DNA from: a virus
Strand: one strand, 5' to 3'
Virus record (IMG/VR): IMGVR_UViG_3300009104_000009
Location: 19,892-83,891 of that record
Length of the DNA: 64,000 nucleotides
Part shown: piece by piece, positions 9,677 to 20,371 of the stretch
Numbering within the stretch: position 1 is the stretch's first letter
How the letters are laid out: each line of letters begins with the position of its first letter
The notes under the pieces: model-generated
What the model saw: the letters and a program-made list of their open reading frames with translations, nothing else
What the model was told of the DNA's origin: nothing
Database searches by the model: none
Program-made: the position numbers and the translations under genes

Positions 9677-12600
9677 ATGCCTTATATCGGATCAGTACAG
9701 GGAACAACTAAGGATCCGCGCATTCCAGACGCATCCGCAACGACAGGCCACGTTTTAACAAGCGACGGTACTTCTTGGCAAACTCAGGCAGTTCCAACCG
9801 AACTTCCACAGTCCGGAATGACCGCAGATCAAGTTTTAAAATATGATGGTTCAGCTTGGACTTATGGCGAAGGTGGAGGTGGCGGCGGATCAATGAAAGC
9901 TACCGCTTCTGGAACATTATCAAATGGTGATAAAGTAATTCTTCAAAATGACGGAACAGTAAAAAAAGTAGGAGCCGGTGCAGGAACATGGGATGTATCA
10001 GATACACTAGTAGATGATAATAACACCCAAGCTATGTCTCTTCGGTCATGGGCTTTCATTACTTATGATCCAAATAATGTAAATAAATTTGTTATTGCTT
10101 ATGTAGATTCATCTAGTGAGTCTCCCGATCACAAAATAACAATAGAAGTAGGTTCTATATCTGGTACGACCATATCATTTGGATCTCCACAAGAACTTTC
10201 TTCATCAACTTTGAATAGTGGTGCTAGCATTAGTCAAAGAATTGGTGCCCATTTTCATCCTTCAATTGCGAATTTAATAATATTTGCTTGGGGTGATCAA
10301 AACGGTGTACAGGTGGTCGCGGGTGAGGTCGGAGCTTCCTCAATAACCCTTGGAACTCAACGAACCATGTCTCCATCTAGCACAGATAGCAATTCCATGT
10401 ATAGTGTAGATCTTAGTTGGGATAAAGAAGGTTCAATAGCTCGAAGATTTGTATGTATCTATGCACGGTTTCAGCCAGGAAATCCACCGCTCTCTGAAAA
10501 TGGTGAAGAAGTAGGAGTATTTTCAGGAATGGTAAGTTCTGATGCCGGCGCAGATATAACGTCTGATGGTTCAAGTGCTGGACTGGGTACAAATGTTTTA
10601 GTATGGGCCACAAGCGACCCAGCACCACCCGGCGAAGCTGGAATGACGGCACAAAACCCATGCGTAAGATGTGATCCTTTACAAGAAGGAAGATTTGTAA
10701 TAATGTGGACTGAAAATCCGGGAATGCCCGGCGGTACAATGGTTAACGTTTGTTCATTAAACTCCACCACTACAATTACTAAAGAGGCAAATCGTACATT
10801 AAGTTCAGATGGTGGAACAAATGTTAACTGGGTGGAATTTCTTGGTGCAACTTCAGAAATGATTTTCGTGTATAAAAATAACAGTTACCAATCTTGTTTA
10901 CGACATGCTTCATTTAATTTACCTGATAATTTTACTTTTGGAACTGAAAAAATCTTTGATACGAGTACATCTTATTCTCTCGGGCGACCATTAATGTCAC
11001 CGCTTTCCAATACAAAGTTTCATGCTGTTTATTCATATGATAATAAAGTTCATGTAAGAGGATTCGGTATTTCTGGGACCGCTCCCTCCCCTGTAGTAAT
11101 TGCTAATAGTGCCGGAGCATCAGTTGAATTAGATACCGGATGGATAATGAATGATTTATATGCTGCCAGTGATTTGCAATCTACTGAACCAAGAATTATG
11201 GTAGTAGGTAACGCCGGTGGAGCACCATCGAATTATTCTACCTTTACTACAGCAAAAATAGGAACTGAAACACCGGGTTCATCAAATCTTACCGAAGAAA
11301 ATTTTATAGGAATTTCTGACGGAGCATATGCAGATGCCGCCGAAGCAACTATTCAACTCGCAGGAGCAGTTGATGATGCACAATCGGGTCTAACAGTTGG
11401 AGCAACATATTATGTTCAACCCGATGGAACTTTATCTACCACAGCACATGCAGAAACCAAAGTTTTAGCAGGTCAAGCTGTTTCAGCAACAAAATTATTG
11501 ATTGCTGATAGTTTAGCCGAACAAAAAGCACGTGTACAAGCAAATGCTTATGCTATAACTGTTAATACGTACGCTGCGTCTGTTAATACAGCGGCTCATG
11601 CTTATACCGATGCGGAAACACTCACTGTTAATAATTATGCGGCTTCTGTTAACACTGCCGCTCATTCTTATGCTGACACAAAACATGCCGAAGCACTTGC
11701 CGCGGATACGCCTGCAGTAATTGGTGGTCAGGTTGAAGCAACAGCAAATGGTGCAATAACTGACGGGCAATGTTGTATTATTGAATCAGATGGAAAAGTA
11801 ACCGCAGTAGCAAATTCAGGTACAGCACTCGATACCGTTACTTCAGATAATAACGCCGCAGACTTAGGTATAAGATCTCAAGATTCATGGTCTTTTGTAG
11901 ATTATTGTGGTACCGACAATACAAAATTTGCAATAGTATACGAAAATGCAACTGGACAAAAACTTGTCGCAAAAATTGGAACAATAGGCGCCGGAGATGC
12001 CATAACATACGGAACTGCCGTAGATGTTACCGCAGCGATCTCTAATAATACTCAACCAGTAATTAAGTTTCATCCAAAAAAATCAAATTTAATAGGAGTT
12101 TTTTGGGGAGATGAGAACGGAGTATTCTTTAAGTGTGGAACTGTTTCAGGGACAGATATAACTTGGAATGAAACAGGTCAATCTGCTGCCATGGCAGCCG
12201 AAGCAGGATGTAACGGTGGTCAAGGAGCAACTTTTTTTGATTGGGATCCTTTGCATACAACAACTAATAGAGCGGTCCTGTCATACCAATGGACGATTTC
12301 GGAAGGAGATAAAACTTCCAAAATAATTGCTTGTACTTGTGGTGATGACGGAACTTCCATTACTTTCGGATCAGAGGTTGATATACATACTGCCAGTAAT
12401 CAGGCACCTTCAACTCAATTCACTTTAACTATGTCTCCAACCACGGAAGGTAAGGGTTTAGTTTCATATAAACTTAATGATAGTGGTGGTGGAAAAAATC
12501 CAGCTATGAAAATTTTCACAGTATCAGGAACTACTGTTACTCTAGGTTCTGAAATTCATTTGGGATATAATGGAAATGATTACTTCAGAGAGAGTGATGG

Positions 12601-15208
12601 TTCCGTTTATTCAGCATGGAATCCCGCTGTAACAGATCAATTTGTTTTCTCAGGAAGAAAATCTAGTGATCCACGCGTTGCAATTGGAAATGTTTCAGGT
12701 ACTTCAGTAACTTGGGGAGCTTATCTTGAATTTGGATCTGGACAGTCAGAGCCCGCATTTATTCCATTTTTCGGAAATGATGGATCTAATAGATTTTATG
12801 TAGCAGGAACTGTATGGAAGAGTCTCGGAGACAGATATTTAAATGTTGTCGGAATGAATATTAATCAATCAACATATGCAATAACAATGGAAGGATCCAT
12901 GGTTGAATGTCAAGTACATGATTGGATCAATAACAGCGTTGCATGGCCATGGTACGCCACTGCGTCTCCTAATGGAGCAAAATGCTTACTTCAATCACTT
13001 GCTTTAAGTAGTGGAAATGTAATGACTTCTACCGTTGATATTGGCGCTGAGGGTTCAGCAAATCTTACTGAAACTAATTTCATTGGAGTTGCCGCTAATA
13101 CTGTTGCAGATGGTGCTACCGTAACCATTCAAACCGCCGGAGGAGTTTCAGATGCACAATCCGGTTTAACAGTTGGAACAAAATATTATGTTCGAGAAGA
13201 TGGTTCATTAGCTATAACACCGGGAACGCCTTCAGTTCTATTAGGTACCGCGATAGCCGCAACAAAAATTTCAATTGCGGATCCGTTTGCGCTTCCTCCG
13301 GCTGCCGGTGGTGGTGGAGGTGGTGGTGGTCTACTTTCAGCTACTGCTGATGGAGCACTAGCAGACGGTGATAGAGTTATTCTTAAGAGTGATGGAAAAG
13401 TTGCAAAAATTGCAGCTACTTCATCCGGATCCGATTCTGTTACCGATAATGGACAAGACGAATCTACTGGAATAAGACAGGATAGTTGGCCAATGAGAAT
13501 AGCAGCCGACCCTTTTGATGATACTAAATTTGCAATACTTTATACAAATTCCGGTGGTTATCTATCGGCTAAAATTGGTACTGTAACAGCAGGAACAAAT
13601 GCAATTTCATTTGGAACTGAAGCAACATTTGAATTAGCAACTGGTGGTGAAGGCGCTGAAAATCATTGCGAAGCCGAAATTGTATGGAATACAAAAGCTG
13701 CAAATTTATTCGGGGTAGTTTCTGGTAATACAACTGGTCCATGTATAAATTTTGGAACAGTTTCAGGCACAACTATTACCGCAGTAGGTTCAGGTGCTGT
13801 GTTAAAATCACAAGACTGGTCATCAGACGGAAAAATTACTTTGGCTTGGGATAAAAACTATTCCGGAGCAGGTAATAGATTCATTTGTGCTTATACACTT
13901 AATGATCAGATGAGCATGGCAGTTTCTAATACTTATCTACGTTGTGGTACTGTTACCGATGCAGCCGGAAGTTATGCTGTAGGAACTGAGGTAGATGGTT
14001 GGAACAACGGAGGAGGAAGTGATTATCCGCAGTATGGTCATATGCCTATGATAGAAGATCCTGGAACCGAAGGTAAAGGTGTTTTCACGTGGATTGACGG
14101 TAATGATGGTTCAAAACCAAAATGTGCAACTTATAGTTTAAGCGGAACTACTGTTTCTGTGGGAACAACCGCAACAATAGATGCTTCAAATGGTTCATCT
14201 ACATCTTATCTGGATTGGATGCCAGGTACTCAAAATTTTATATTTGGATGGCGTAAAGCATATTATCCAAATTTAATTATAGGTACAGTATCAGGTACTA
14301 CTGTTTCTATGGGAACAGCTTTTGAAGTACATAGCTCACAAGATGAAGCTTATATACCCAAATTTGGATTAAATCCAACAACAAAAGTTTACGGATTTGG
14401 AAATAAAAATCAGCAACTTTACGGCCGCGCATTCACCATATCCGGTACAACTATTTCTAGTTTGCAGGCCGATCCAGGAACTGCTTTATATGGATTGAAT
14501 CAAATGGGGATGCATTATAGAGCCACAGTACAAAAAGATGGTGTATCAGCGGTATTCTATGGTGTAAATGGTAGTAATGCTTCCGATTATAATGTTTTTG
14601 GAACTGCTACAATTGGTGAATCAGGAGCTTCAAATCTCACAGCTTCTAACTTTGTAGGAATTGTTTCCGGAGCAGTCGCAGACGGCGCAACAGCTAATGT
14701 TCAAACGTCTAGTTCAGTTGATGATGCTCAATCTGGATTAACACCCGGTTCCGATTATTACGTACAATCGGACGGTACATTAGCAACAACTCCAGACTCA
14801 ACGCTTGGAGCAATATTGGCTGGTAAAGCAGTGGCTGCTACAAAGTTGTTAATCGCAGATCCACGGCCACCTGAACCCGTTAAACCAGGTGAATTTGAAA
14901 TAGTCGCAGATGGAGCGCTTACTAAAGGAAAACCAGTTATTGTAACTTCCGGTGGAAAAGCAAAAGCAATTAGTAGTAATCTTACCACGGAGAATTTTGT
15001 AGGATTTGCAACAGATACATATGCGGATGGAGCAACAGCTAAAATCTTAACATTCGGAAATGTTGAAGCAAATCAAACCGGCTTAACACCAGGTGAAATG
15101 TATTATGTCCAAAATGATGGGACATTAGCAACAGGATCAGATCCTGGAGTAACAGTTATTGCCGGAACAGCAATTGCCGCTACTAAATTAGTAATTTCTA
15201 GAGGATAA
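9677..15208 (+). CDS. 1843-aa modular virion protein (four repeated decoration-like modules, three with large beta-rich inserts)
   Basis: Four copies of A.ADG.L..GD.VI...DG / NLT..NF.G / QSGLT.G..YYV..DG.L / ATKL.I, joined by poly-Gly linkers. Confidence 0.75.
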   Translation: MPYIGSVQGTTKDPRIPDASATTGHVLTSDGTSWQTQAVPTELPQSGMTADQVLKYDGSAWTYGEGGGGGGSMKATASGTLSNGDKVILQNDGTVKKVGAGAGTWDVSDTLVDDNNTQAMSLRSWAFITYDPNNVNKFVIAYVDSSSESPDHKITIEVGSISGTTISFGSPQELSSSTLNSGASISQRIGAHFHPSIANLIIFAWGDQNGVQVVAGEVGASSITLGTQRTMSPSSTDSNSMYSVDLSWDKEGSIARRFVCIYARFQPGNPPLSENGEEVGVFSGMVSSDAGADITSDGSSAGLGTNVLVWATSDPAPPGEAGMTAQNPCVRCDPLQEGRFVIMWTENPGMPGGTMVNVCSLNSTTTITKEANRTLSSDGGTNVNWVEFLGATSEMIFVYKNNSYQSCLRHASFNLPDNFTFGTEKIFDTSTSYSLGRPLMSPLSNTKFHAVYSYDNKVHVRGFGISGTAPSPVVIANSAGASVELDTGWIMNDLYAASDLQSTEPRIMVVGNAGGAPSNYSTFTTAKIGTETPGSSNLTEENFIGISDGAYADAAEATIQLAGAVDDAQSGLTVGATYYVQPDGTLSTTAHAETKVLAGQAVSATKLLIADSLAEQKARVQANAYAITVNTYAASVNTAAHAYTDAETLTVNNYAASVNTAAHSYADTKHAEALAADTPAVIGGQVEATANGAITDGQCCIIESDGKVTAVANSGTALDTVTSDNNAADLGIRSQDSWSFVDYCGTDNTKFAIVYENATGQKLVAKIGTIGAGDAITYGTAVDVTAAISNNTQPVIKFHPKKSNLIGVFWGDENGVFFKCGTVSGTDITWNETGQSAAMAAEAGCNGGQGATFFDWDPLHTTTNRAVLSYQWTISEGDKTSKIIACTCGDDGTSITFGSEVDIHTASNQAPSTQFTLTMSPTTEGKGLVSYKLNDSGGGKNPAMKIFTVSGTTVTLGSEIHLGYNGNDYFRESDGSVYSAWNPAVTDQFVFSGRKSSDPRVAIGNVSGTSVTWGAYLEFGSGQSEPAFIPFFGNDGSNRFYVAGTVWKSLGDRYLNVVGMNINQSTYAITMEGSMVECQVHDWINNSVAWPWYATASPNGAKCLLQSLALSSGNVMTSTVDIGAEGSANLTETNFIGVAANTVADGATVTIQTAGGVSDAQSGLTVGTKYYVREDGSLAITPGTPSVLLGTAIAATKISIADPFALPPAAGGGGGGGGLLSATADGALADGDRVILKSDGKVAKIAATSSGSDSVTDNGQDESTGIRQDSWPMRIAADPFDDTKFAILYTNSGGYLSAKIGTVTAGTNAISFGTEATFELATGGEGAENHCEAEIVWNTKAANLFGVVSGNTTGPCINFGTVSGTTITAVGSGAVLKSQDWSSDGKITLAWDKNYSGAGNRFICAYTLNDQMSMAVSNTYLRCGTVTDAAGSYAVGTEVDGWNNGGGSDYPQYGHMPMIEDPGTEGKGVFTWIDGNDGSKPKCATYSLSGTTVSVGTTATIDASNGSSTSYLDWMPGTQNFIFGWRKAYYPNLIIGTVSGTTVSMGTAFEVHSSQDEAYIPKFGLNPTTKVYGFGNKNQQLYGRAFTISGTTISSLQADPGTALYGLNQMGMHYRATVQKDGVSAVFYGVNGSNASDYNVFGTATIGESGASNLTASNFVGIVSGAVADGATANVQTSSSVDDAQSGLTPGSDYYVQSDGTLATTPDSTLGAILAGKAVAATKLLIADPRPPEPVKPGEFEIVADGALTKGKPVIVTSGGKAKAISSNLTTENFVGFATDTYADGATAKILTFGNVEANQTGLTPGEMYYVQNDGTLATGSDPGVTVIAGTAIAATKLVISRG
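11558..11677 (+). repeat. 66-nt (22-aa) imperfect tandem repeat within the giant virion protein
   Basis: TVNTYAASVNTAAHAYTD followed by TVNNYAASVNTAAHSYAD. Confidence 0.8.
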
Positions 15209-15230
15209 GCTAAAAAAATTATATAATGTA

Positions 15231-16673
15231 ATGTGTGGATTTTTTGGTATAAGCGATAGATCTCTAATTGATACAGATTTAAATGACGTAAATGAGAGAG
15301 GCGAATTTAGCTTCTCTTATTATGGTCATGACCGGTCATTTTTTCATCAAAGTGTTCTCCCCGTTACTGGAACTTTTCCAGGCCAACAAGTATTTAATGT
15401 AGATGATTATTATTTTACTTACACAGGTGAAATATATAATGCTCCTACAAAAGGTTATGCCAATGATACAGAATGGTTAGCAGAAAAAATAAGAAGACAA
15501 GATTATAATTTTGATGATGTAAACGGCCAATATGCTATTTCTGTTTATGATAAGAAAAATTCCACTATAACACTAATTAGAGATCCTATAGGTCAAGTAC
15601 CTCTTTTTTATTATAATAAAAATTGTTTGATTTTTAGTAATACAATAAAATCTATAGCAACAACTGTTAAAACAAAATTAGATAAGGATTTCCTTAAACG
15701 TTGGCATCAATTACGGCATTATACATTAGATAAAACTCACTATAAAGATATTAAGTTATTTCCTAAAGGTTTAATAATAACTTATAACATGCGCGGTAAA
15801 GCCCTTAAATCGCGCATTATTAAGCCAAAACGAATATATGATGGTAATATATTGAAACTATTAAAAAACATGAAACAACCGTATTTAAGCCATCGAGTTA
15901 ATTGCGGAATAGTTTCAGGCGGAGTAGATAGTTCTATTGTATCGGCTCTTTTTAAAGATAAATTAGATTGTTATGTGACAACGATCAATAAAGATAAATG
16001 CTGGGCTTCAGCCGATGTTGAAAAATATGGATTTCCAGATTCTTTAAAAGAAGTTAAAAATGATGAAAAACAATGGTGTGAAGCCGCAATAGAATATATT
16101 CAAAAATCTTATATGATTCCTTATACGTGGAGTTATGTTGGTTATTATATAATGGGTAAAGCAATGAAGCCTTATGCAAAAGTAATGGTGACAGGTGAAG
16201 GAGCAGATGAAATATTTGGAGGATATGATTTATATAAAAGTAATAAACTTTCCAAATATTCTAAAGTAACTGATGGAAAATTTTTAAATGCTAAATATAA
16301 GCAACAAATCGGAAAACAAATCTCAAAATTTAATAATGTAGCACAAGCAAATAAGTATTTGGATCAAAGATCCTTTCTCCCCTGTGCGGCAATTGGTGCA
16401 AATTTAGCATTAGGAATGAATTGTATAGAAGCCCGGAATCCCTTTTTAGATCATTCTGTATTCTATAATGATGCTTTTATAGAAGATGTTGGAAAAGAAA
16501 GATTAGTAAAAATATTTAAAGATGTATTTGGTTTTGATCCACCAAAAAAACAAGGTTTTTCTGGTTATATGAATGAATTATACAATTACTTTAATAGTTC
16601 ATATGAGGAGATTGATTCAAAAGATATAGGTCTTTGGAAAGATGCTTGTTATCAAATTATGGAAAACACATGA
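15231..16673 (+). CDS. asparagine synthetase B-like glutamine amidotransferase
   Basis: N-terminal MCG (Ntn Cys), GEIYN, RDPIGQVPLFY, SGGVDSS, TGEGADEIFGGY, EARNPFLD. Confidence 0.88.
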   Translation: MCGFFGISDRSLIDTDLNDVNERGEFSFSYYGHDRSFFHQSVLPVTGTFPGQQVFNVDDYYFTYTGEIYNAPTKGYANDTEWLAEKIRRQDYNFDDVNGQYAISVYDKKNSTITLIRDPIGQVPLFYYNKNCLIFSNTIKSIATTVKTKLDKDFLKRWHQLRHYTLDKTHYKDIKLFPKGLIITYNMRGKALKSRIIKPKRIYDGNILKLLKNMKQPYLSHRVNCGIVSGGVDSSIVSALFKDKLDCYVTTINKDKCWASADVEKYGFPDSLKEVKNDEKQWCEAAIEYIQKSYMIPYTWSYVGYYIMGKAMKPYAKVMVTGEGADEIFGGYDLYKSNKLSKYSKVTDGKFLNAKYKQQIGKQISKFNNVAQANKYLDQRSFLPCAAIGANLALGMNCIEARNPFLDHSVFYNDAFIEDVGKERLVKIFKDVFGFDPPKKQGFSGYMNELYNYFNSSYEEIDSKDIGLWKDACYQIMENT

Positions 16674-17338
16674 TAGATTTTTTTGTTGGTTATACACCAG
16701 GTAGAGAAGTCGCTAATAGAAAATGTAGACAATCTTTAGCGCAATTTGGAGTAGTTACTCACGATGTTCCACATTATTGGGTACCTAAAACAAATAATCC
16801 CTTCGCGAGAACTAGATATTTAGTTCCATTAATAGATTATAAAATAGAACATCAATGGGTTGCTTTTGTAGATGATGATTTCTTGTTTTTCAAGAATCCG
16901 TTGTCTTTATATGATAAATTAGATGATAGTAAAATATTATATGTTGCTAAACACCCTGAATATGTATCTGTAACTACTGTGAAAATGGCAGGGAAGGAAA
17001 AACGTAAAGGTTGGCGAAATATTAATTATCCTAGAAAGAATTGGTCTAGTTTAATGATATTTAATAAAGAGGTATTTCCTTTAACAGTTGAGGAAATTTT
17101 TCATTCTCCTATGAGTTACCTACACCAGTTAGAATGGGCCGGCTCAGAGGAAAATATAGGATCCATTCCTTTGGAATGGAATTGGTTGGTTGGGGAAGAA
17201 CATTGCCCTGACCGTAAAGATATTAATGCCGCTCATTTCACTTTAGGTGGTCCTTGGTATGAAGAGTGGCCAAAGTCAATTTATGATAAACCATGGTTAG
17301 AAATGGAAGAATATGATTACAGTAAAGATTGGTCATAA
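16670..17338 (+). CDS. glycosyltransferase (GT-A fold)
   Basis: F..TRYLVP, FVDDDF (DxD), YPRKNWSS, EWNWLVGE, HFTLGGPW. ATGA overlap gives start 16670. Confidence 0.8.
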   Translation: MIDFFVGYTPGREVANRKCRQSLAQFGVVTHDVPHYWVPKTNNPFARTRYLVPLIDYKIEHQWVAFVDDDFLFFKNPLSLYDKLDDSKILYVAKHPEYVSVTTVKMAGKEKRKGWRNINYPRKNWSSLMIFNKEVFPLTVEEIFHSPMSYLHQLEWAGSEENIGSIPLEWNWLVGEEHCPDRKDINAAHFTLGGPWYEEWPKSIYDKPWLEMEEYDYSKDWS

Positions 17339-17555
17339 GGATTCGGACCAGCGAAATATTATTAAAGCCTTACAAAAATTGAAACAAATAGTATCTCGAG
17401 AAGGCACTCTTAATGAGATAAAAAAACGAAGATATTTTCAAAAACCTTCAATGAAAAAAAGGATAAAACGTGAGGAAGCAGAAAGGCAGCGGATAAAGGA
17501 TTTTCGCAAAGAACTTAAACAGGTCGAAAGGCTAGAACAACAAATGTGGGGATAA
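17313..17555 (+). CDS. rpsU: phage-encoded ribosomal protein bS21
   Basis: V.I....NIIKALQKLKQ...EG.LNEIKKRRYFQKPS.KKR.K matches the bS21 signature. Confidence 0.88.
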   Translation: MITVKIGHKDSDQRNIIKALQKLKQIVSREGTLNEIKKRRYFQKPSMKKRIKREEAERQRIKDFRKELKQVERLEQQMWG

Positions 17556-17739
17556 ACATTTGAATTATACAGACAAACTAGAAAAAAATCCAAAAAATAA
17601 AAGAAGGTATAGAGATAGTCTTATGAGTTATGTAATGACTCAATTACCTTTAGATCACGAAAAAACCATTGCATTATTTGCGGATAGGGCTCTTCTTGAG
17701 GCCTATCAAAATGGACTACAGGATGGTCGCAAATAAAAC

Positions 17740-17768
17740 TTGATTTATTATATAATTTAGTATATAAT
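17740..17768 (+). promoter_or_regulatory. sigma70-type promoter
   Basis: TTGATT-N17-TATAAT upstream of the ORF at 17793. Confidence 0.7.
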
Positions 17769-17792
17769 AAAAACTTTAAATTTAAATATATT

Positions 17793-18041
17793 ATGCCAGT
17801 TAGACCAACACAGAGTTATTGGCAATCTAACATTCCTCCCGAATACGCAGATTCCAGACACTCATATACAACAGAAATTTTATATCATTTTACATGCGGC
17901 TCTTGCCAGGAATGGTGGAGTTACGCGCATTCTCCAAGTAAAATGGAAATGGATTTAACCCTCCCAGATAATGAAAAATTCTGGTGTCCTCATTGTGGAC
18001 ATTCTCAAACCTTAAAAATAAAAACAGGATTTCCGATATGA
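17793..18041 (+). CDS. zinc-ribbon protein
   Basis: CGSC...CPHC. Confidence 0.7.
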   Translation: MPVRPTQSYWQSNIPPEYADSRHSYTTEILYHFTCGSCQEWWSYAHSPSKMEMDLTLPDNEKFWCPHCGHSQTLKIKTGFPI

Positions 18042-18394
18042 ATGAAACGCATGACGCCGCATTATCCAAGGCGGTTTTCGAACATGAGATAAAAGTAATT
18101 AAATTAACTACCGGAGAAGAGTTAGTTTCTAAAGTTAGAGATTTAGATGATAAATATGAATTAATAGAAGCTATTCAGTTTCGTTGGGGTTTTGAATATG
18201 ATGCAGATATGGGCCGTAATGTTGAAAGATTACAACCTACACCATTTCCTACCAACGCTAATTTAGGTAGATATGAAATAGATAAGAAATTTGTAATGGT
18301 TATGGCTAGTCCTCGAACCGATGCACTCGGAGTTTATCATACATTTGTTGCCTCATTATTAAACTATAATGCCCAGCCTAATCCAGAGGCATAA
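18038..18394 (+). CDS. conserved T4-like hypothetical protein (Sm-like fold suspected)
   Basis: IKVIKLTTGEELVS motif; ATGA overlap start. Confidence 0.6.
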   Translation: MNETHDAALSKAVFEHEIKVIKLTTGEELVSKVRDLDDKYELIEAIQFRWGFEYDADMGRNVERLQPTPFPTNANLGRYEIDKKFVMVMASPRTDALGVYHTFVASLLNYNAQPNPEA

Positions 18395-18420
18395 TTTCAT
18401 AAATAAATTGAAAGGCGATT

Positions 18421-18801
18421 ATGGCATATTCAAAAAAGGTAGTGGACCACTATGAACAACCGAGAAATGTGGGTTCTCTTAATTCCTCTGACAATAGTGT
18501 TGGTACTGGTCTTGTTGGAGCGCCTGAATGTGGCGATGTAATGAAACTTCAAATTGAAGTTAAAGATAATAAAATCGTTGATGCAAAATTTAAAACATTT
18601 GGGTGTGGCTCTGCTATAGCGGCGTCGTCATTAGCAACGGAATGGGTTAAAGGTCAATCTATTGATGAAGCTATGACAGTTAGCAATGTAGAAATTGTTG
18701 AAGAATTATCACTCCCACCAGTAAAAATTCACTGTTCAGTTCTTGCGGAAGATGCTATTAAAGCAGCAATTGCAGATTATAAGGAAAAGCAGGCACTATG
18801 A
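18421..18801 (+). CDS. iscU: Fe-S cluster scaffold IscU
   Basis: YSKKVVDHYEQPRNVG, GAPECGDVMKLQI, FKTFGCGSAIA, LPPVKIHC. Preceded by CATAAATA at 18398. Confidence 0.97.
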   Translation: MAYSKKVVDHYEQPRNVGSLNSSDNSVGTGLVGAPECGDVMKLQIEVKDNKIVDAKFKTFGCGSAIAASSLATEWVKGQSIDEAMTVSNVEIVEELSLPPVKIHCSVLAEDAIKAAIADYKEKQAL

Positions 18802-19997
18802 AAAAATTTAAAGAATATTTTAAACCAGTTCAGGAAAAAGAAGAACTTAAAGAAGAAGTTCTTGAAGAGGCTGTTTATTGGCAAGTATTAATTCCTGGTA
18901 TATCAACTCCTGTTTTTATTGAAGGACCTGCAAAGTCAGGTATTAAAATGGAATTGAGAACGCAATTAAAACCGGAAGCTTGGAAGAATCTAATCATTAA
19001 TAGAATCACGAAGCCTCAAATACGAAAAATATATAGGGATATGGCGAAAGATCCCGAAATGTATGATGATGCATCAGATGGTGTTAGTGAAGCTCTTGAA
19101 GAATCTACTGCATCATATGCAAAGTCTTTGGAAAAGATTGCTAGAGATAGACAATTAAAGATGCTCTCTAAATCTGAAAGACAAAATTTACTTAAAATAG
19201 CGGCACTCTTAGATAAAGAAAAAAAAGAAGAAGTTGAATTTGATGAGGGTATTATGGATACTGCGGGATTTCATAATTATCCAAAAAGAAATAAAGTGGG
19301 AGATGAAATAGAAAAAATTGCAAGTAAAGGTGGAACAGATAAATTCAACCTTTCAAAAGTTGCTTCTGAATTACAGAAGGGTAGAATCCCACATAAGTTT
19401 ATTAAAAAACTCAGTCCAAAAGGTAAGAAAGCAGTTCATGATATTATGAAAGATTTTGGATGGAAAGAATTACCAGAAGATAATGAAGTAAATGAAGTTC
19501 CGTTCGTCCCGTTAGCTTTAGGAGCTGCGAGAATAGGTGGAGCAATCTTAAAAGGTGTAGGGCGCGGAGCAGGCAGAATCGGCACAGCCGGAGCAGGATT
19601 TGGTTTAGGGCAAGCAGCGAATGCAATATCAAAAATACCAAGCTCTGTAGGTAAGGCAGTCGCAGGTGGTGTTGCAGCAGGGGCTACAAAAGCGGCAATT
19701 AGTCATCATTTATCAAATAAGGCTAAAGAGAAAGCAAAAAAAGATAAAGAAAAAAAAGAAGAGAGTAGAGAACCTAGAATTCATATGAAAGCAATTGATG
19801 AGAAAATGGCTGATAAGTATAAAGCAATGAATAAAGCCGGTGATCAGATAATGAAACTCGCAAAAAAGTATAAATCATTTGATTTAACGAGTATCGCTTC
19901 TGAATTAAGAAAAGGCAAAATTCCAAAAATTAATAAGTTAAAACCGAATGATTTTAAAGAAGTAGGTGCAATTTACGATAAACTGGGGTTGAGATAA
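18798..19997 (+). CDS. probable internal head protein (capsid-targeting-like N-terminus, modular)
   Basis: Starts MKKFKEYF. E-bounded modules, with an internal repeat NKxGD.I.K.A....ASEL.KG.IP. Confidence 0.55.
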   Translation: MKKFKEYFKPVQEKEELKEEVLEEAVYWQVLIPGISTPVFIEGPAKSGIKMELRTQLKPEAWKNLIINRITKPQIRKIYRDMAKDPEMYDDASDGVSEALEESTASYAKSLEKIARDRQLKMLSKSERQNLLKIAALLDKEKKEEVEFDEGIMDTAGFHNYPKRNKVGDEIEKIASKGGTDKFNLSKVASELQKGRIPHKFIKKLSPKGKKAVHDIMKDFGWKELPEDNEVNEVPFVPLALGAARIGGAILKGVGRGAGRIGTAGAGFGLGQAANAISKIPSSVGKAVAGGVAAGATKAAISHHLSNKAKEKAKKDKEKKEESREPRIHMKAIDEKMADKYKAMNKAGDQIMKLAKKYKSFDLTSIASELRKGKIPKINKLKPNDFKEVGAIYDKLGLR

Positions 19998-20371
19998 TGA
20001 AATCATTTCGAACATTTATAAAAGTTGAAGGTTTAAATCATGATCGTTATATGAGATCTCATGGTAAAAAAGCCAAAGGTACAGGAAAGTGGGCATTTAC
20101 CACTAAGAGAATGGGTGATGTAGATATGGGTAATGATAAAGAGTTTTGGACGTCAGGCCCAAATCAATCTTTATCTAAAGCCGCTAAAGATGCTCAAAAA
20201 GCTTTACACACAAAAGATGTTTATGTAATGGAAAAATTAGGTAAAGATTCTACTATGGGCGATTATATTGATGATTTTAAAAAATCTGATGCACCACAAT
20301 TTAAGGGTAGATCTAAAGAAAAACGAAAGCAAATGGCTATTGCTGCCAAATTATCCGCAGACGAGAAATGA
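19997..20371 (+). CDS. probable internal head protein
   Basis: Starts MKSFRTFIKVE; contains YIDDFKKSDAPQFKGRSKEKRKQMAIAAKL. Confidence 0.55.
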   Translation: MKSFRTFIKVEGLNHDRYMRSHGKKAKGTGKWAFTTKRMGDVDMGNDKEFWTSGPNQSLSKAAKDAQKALHTKDVYVMEKLGKDSTMGDYIDDFKKSDAPQFKGRSKEKRKQMAIAAKLSADEK

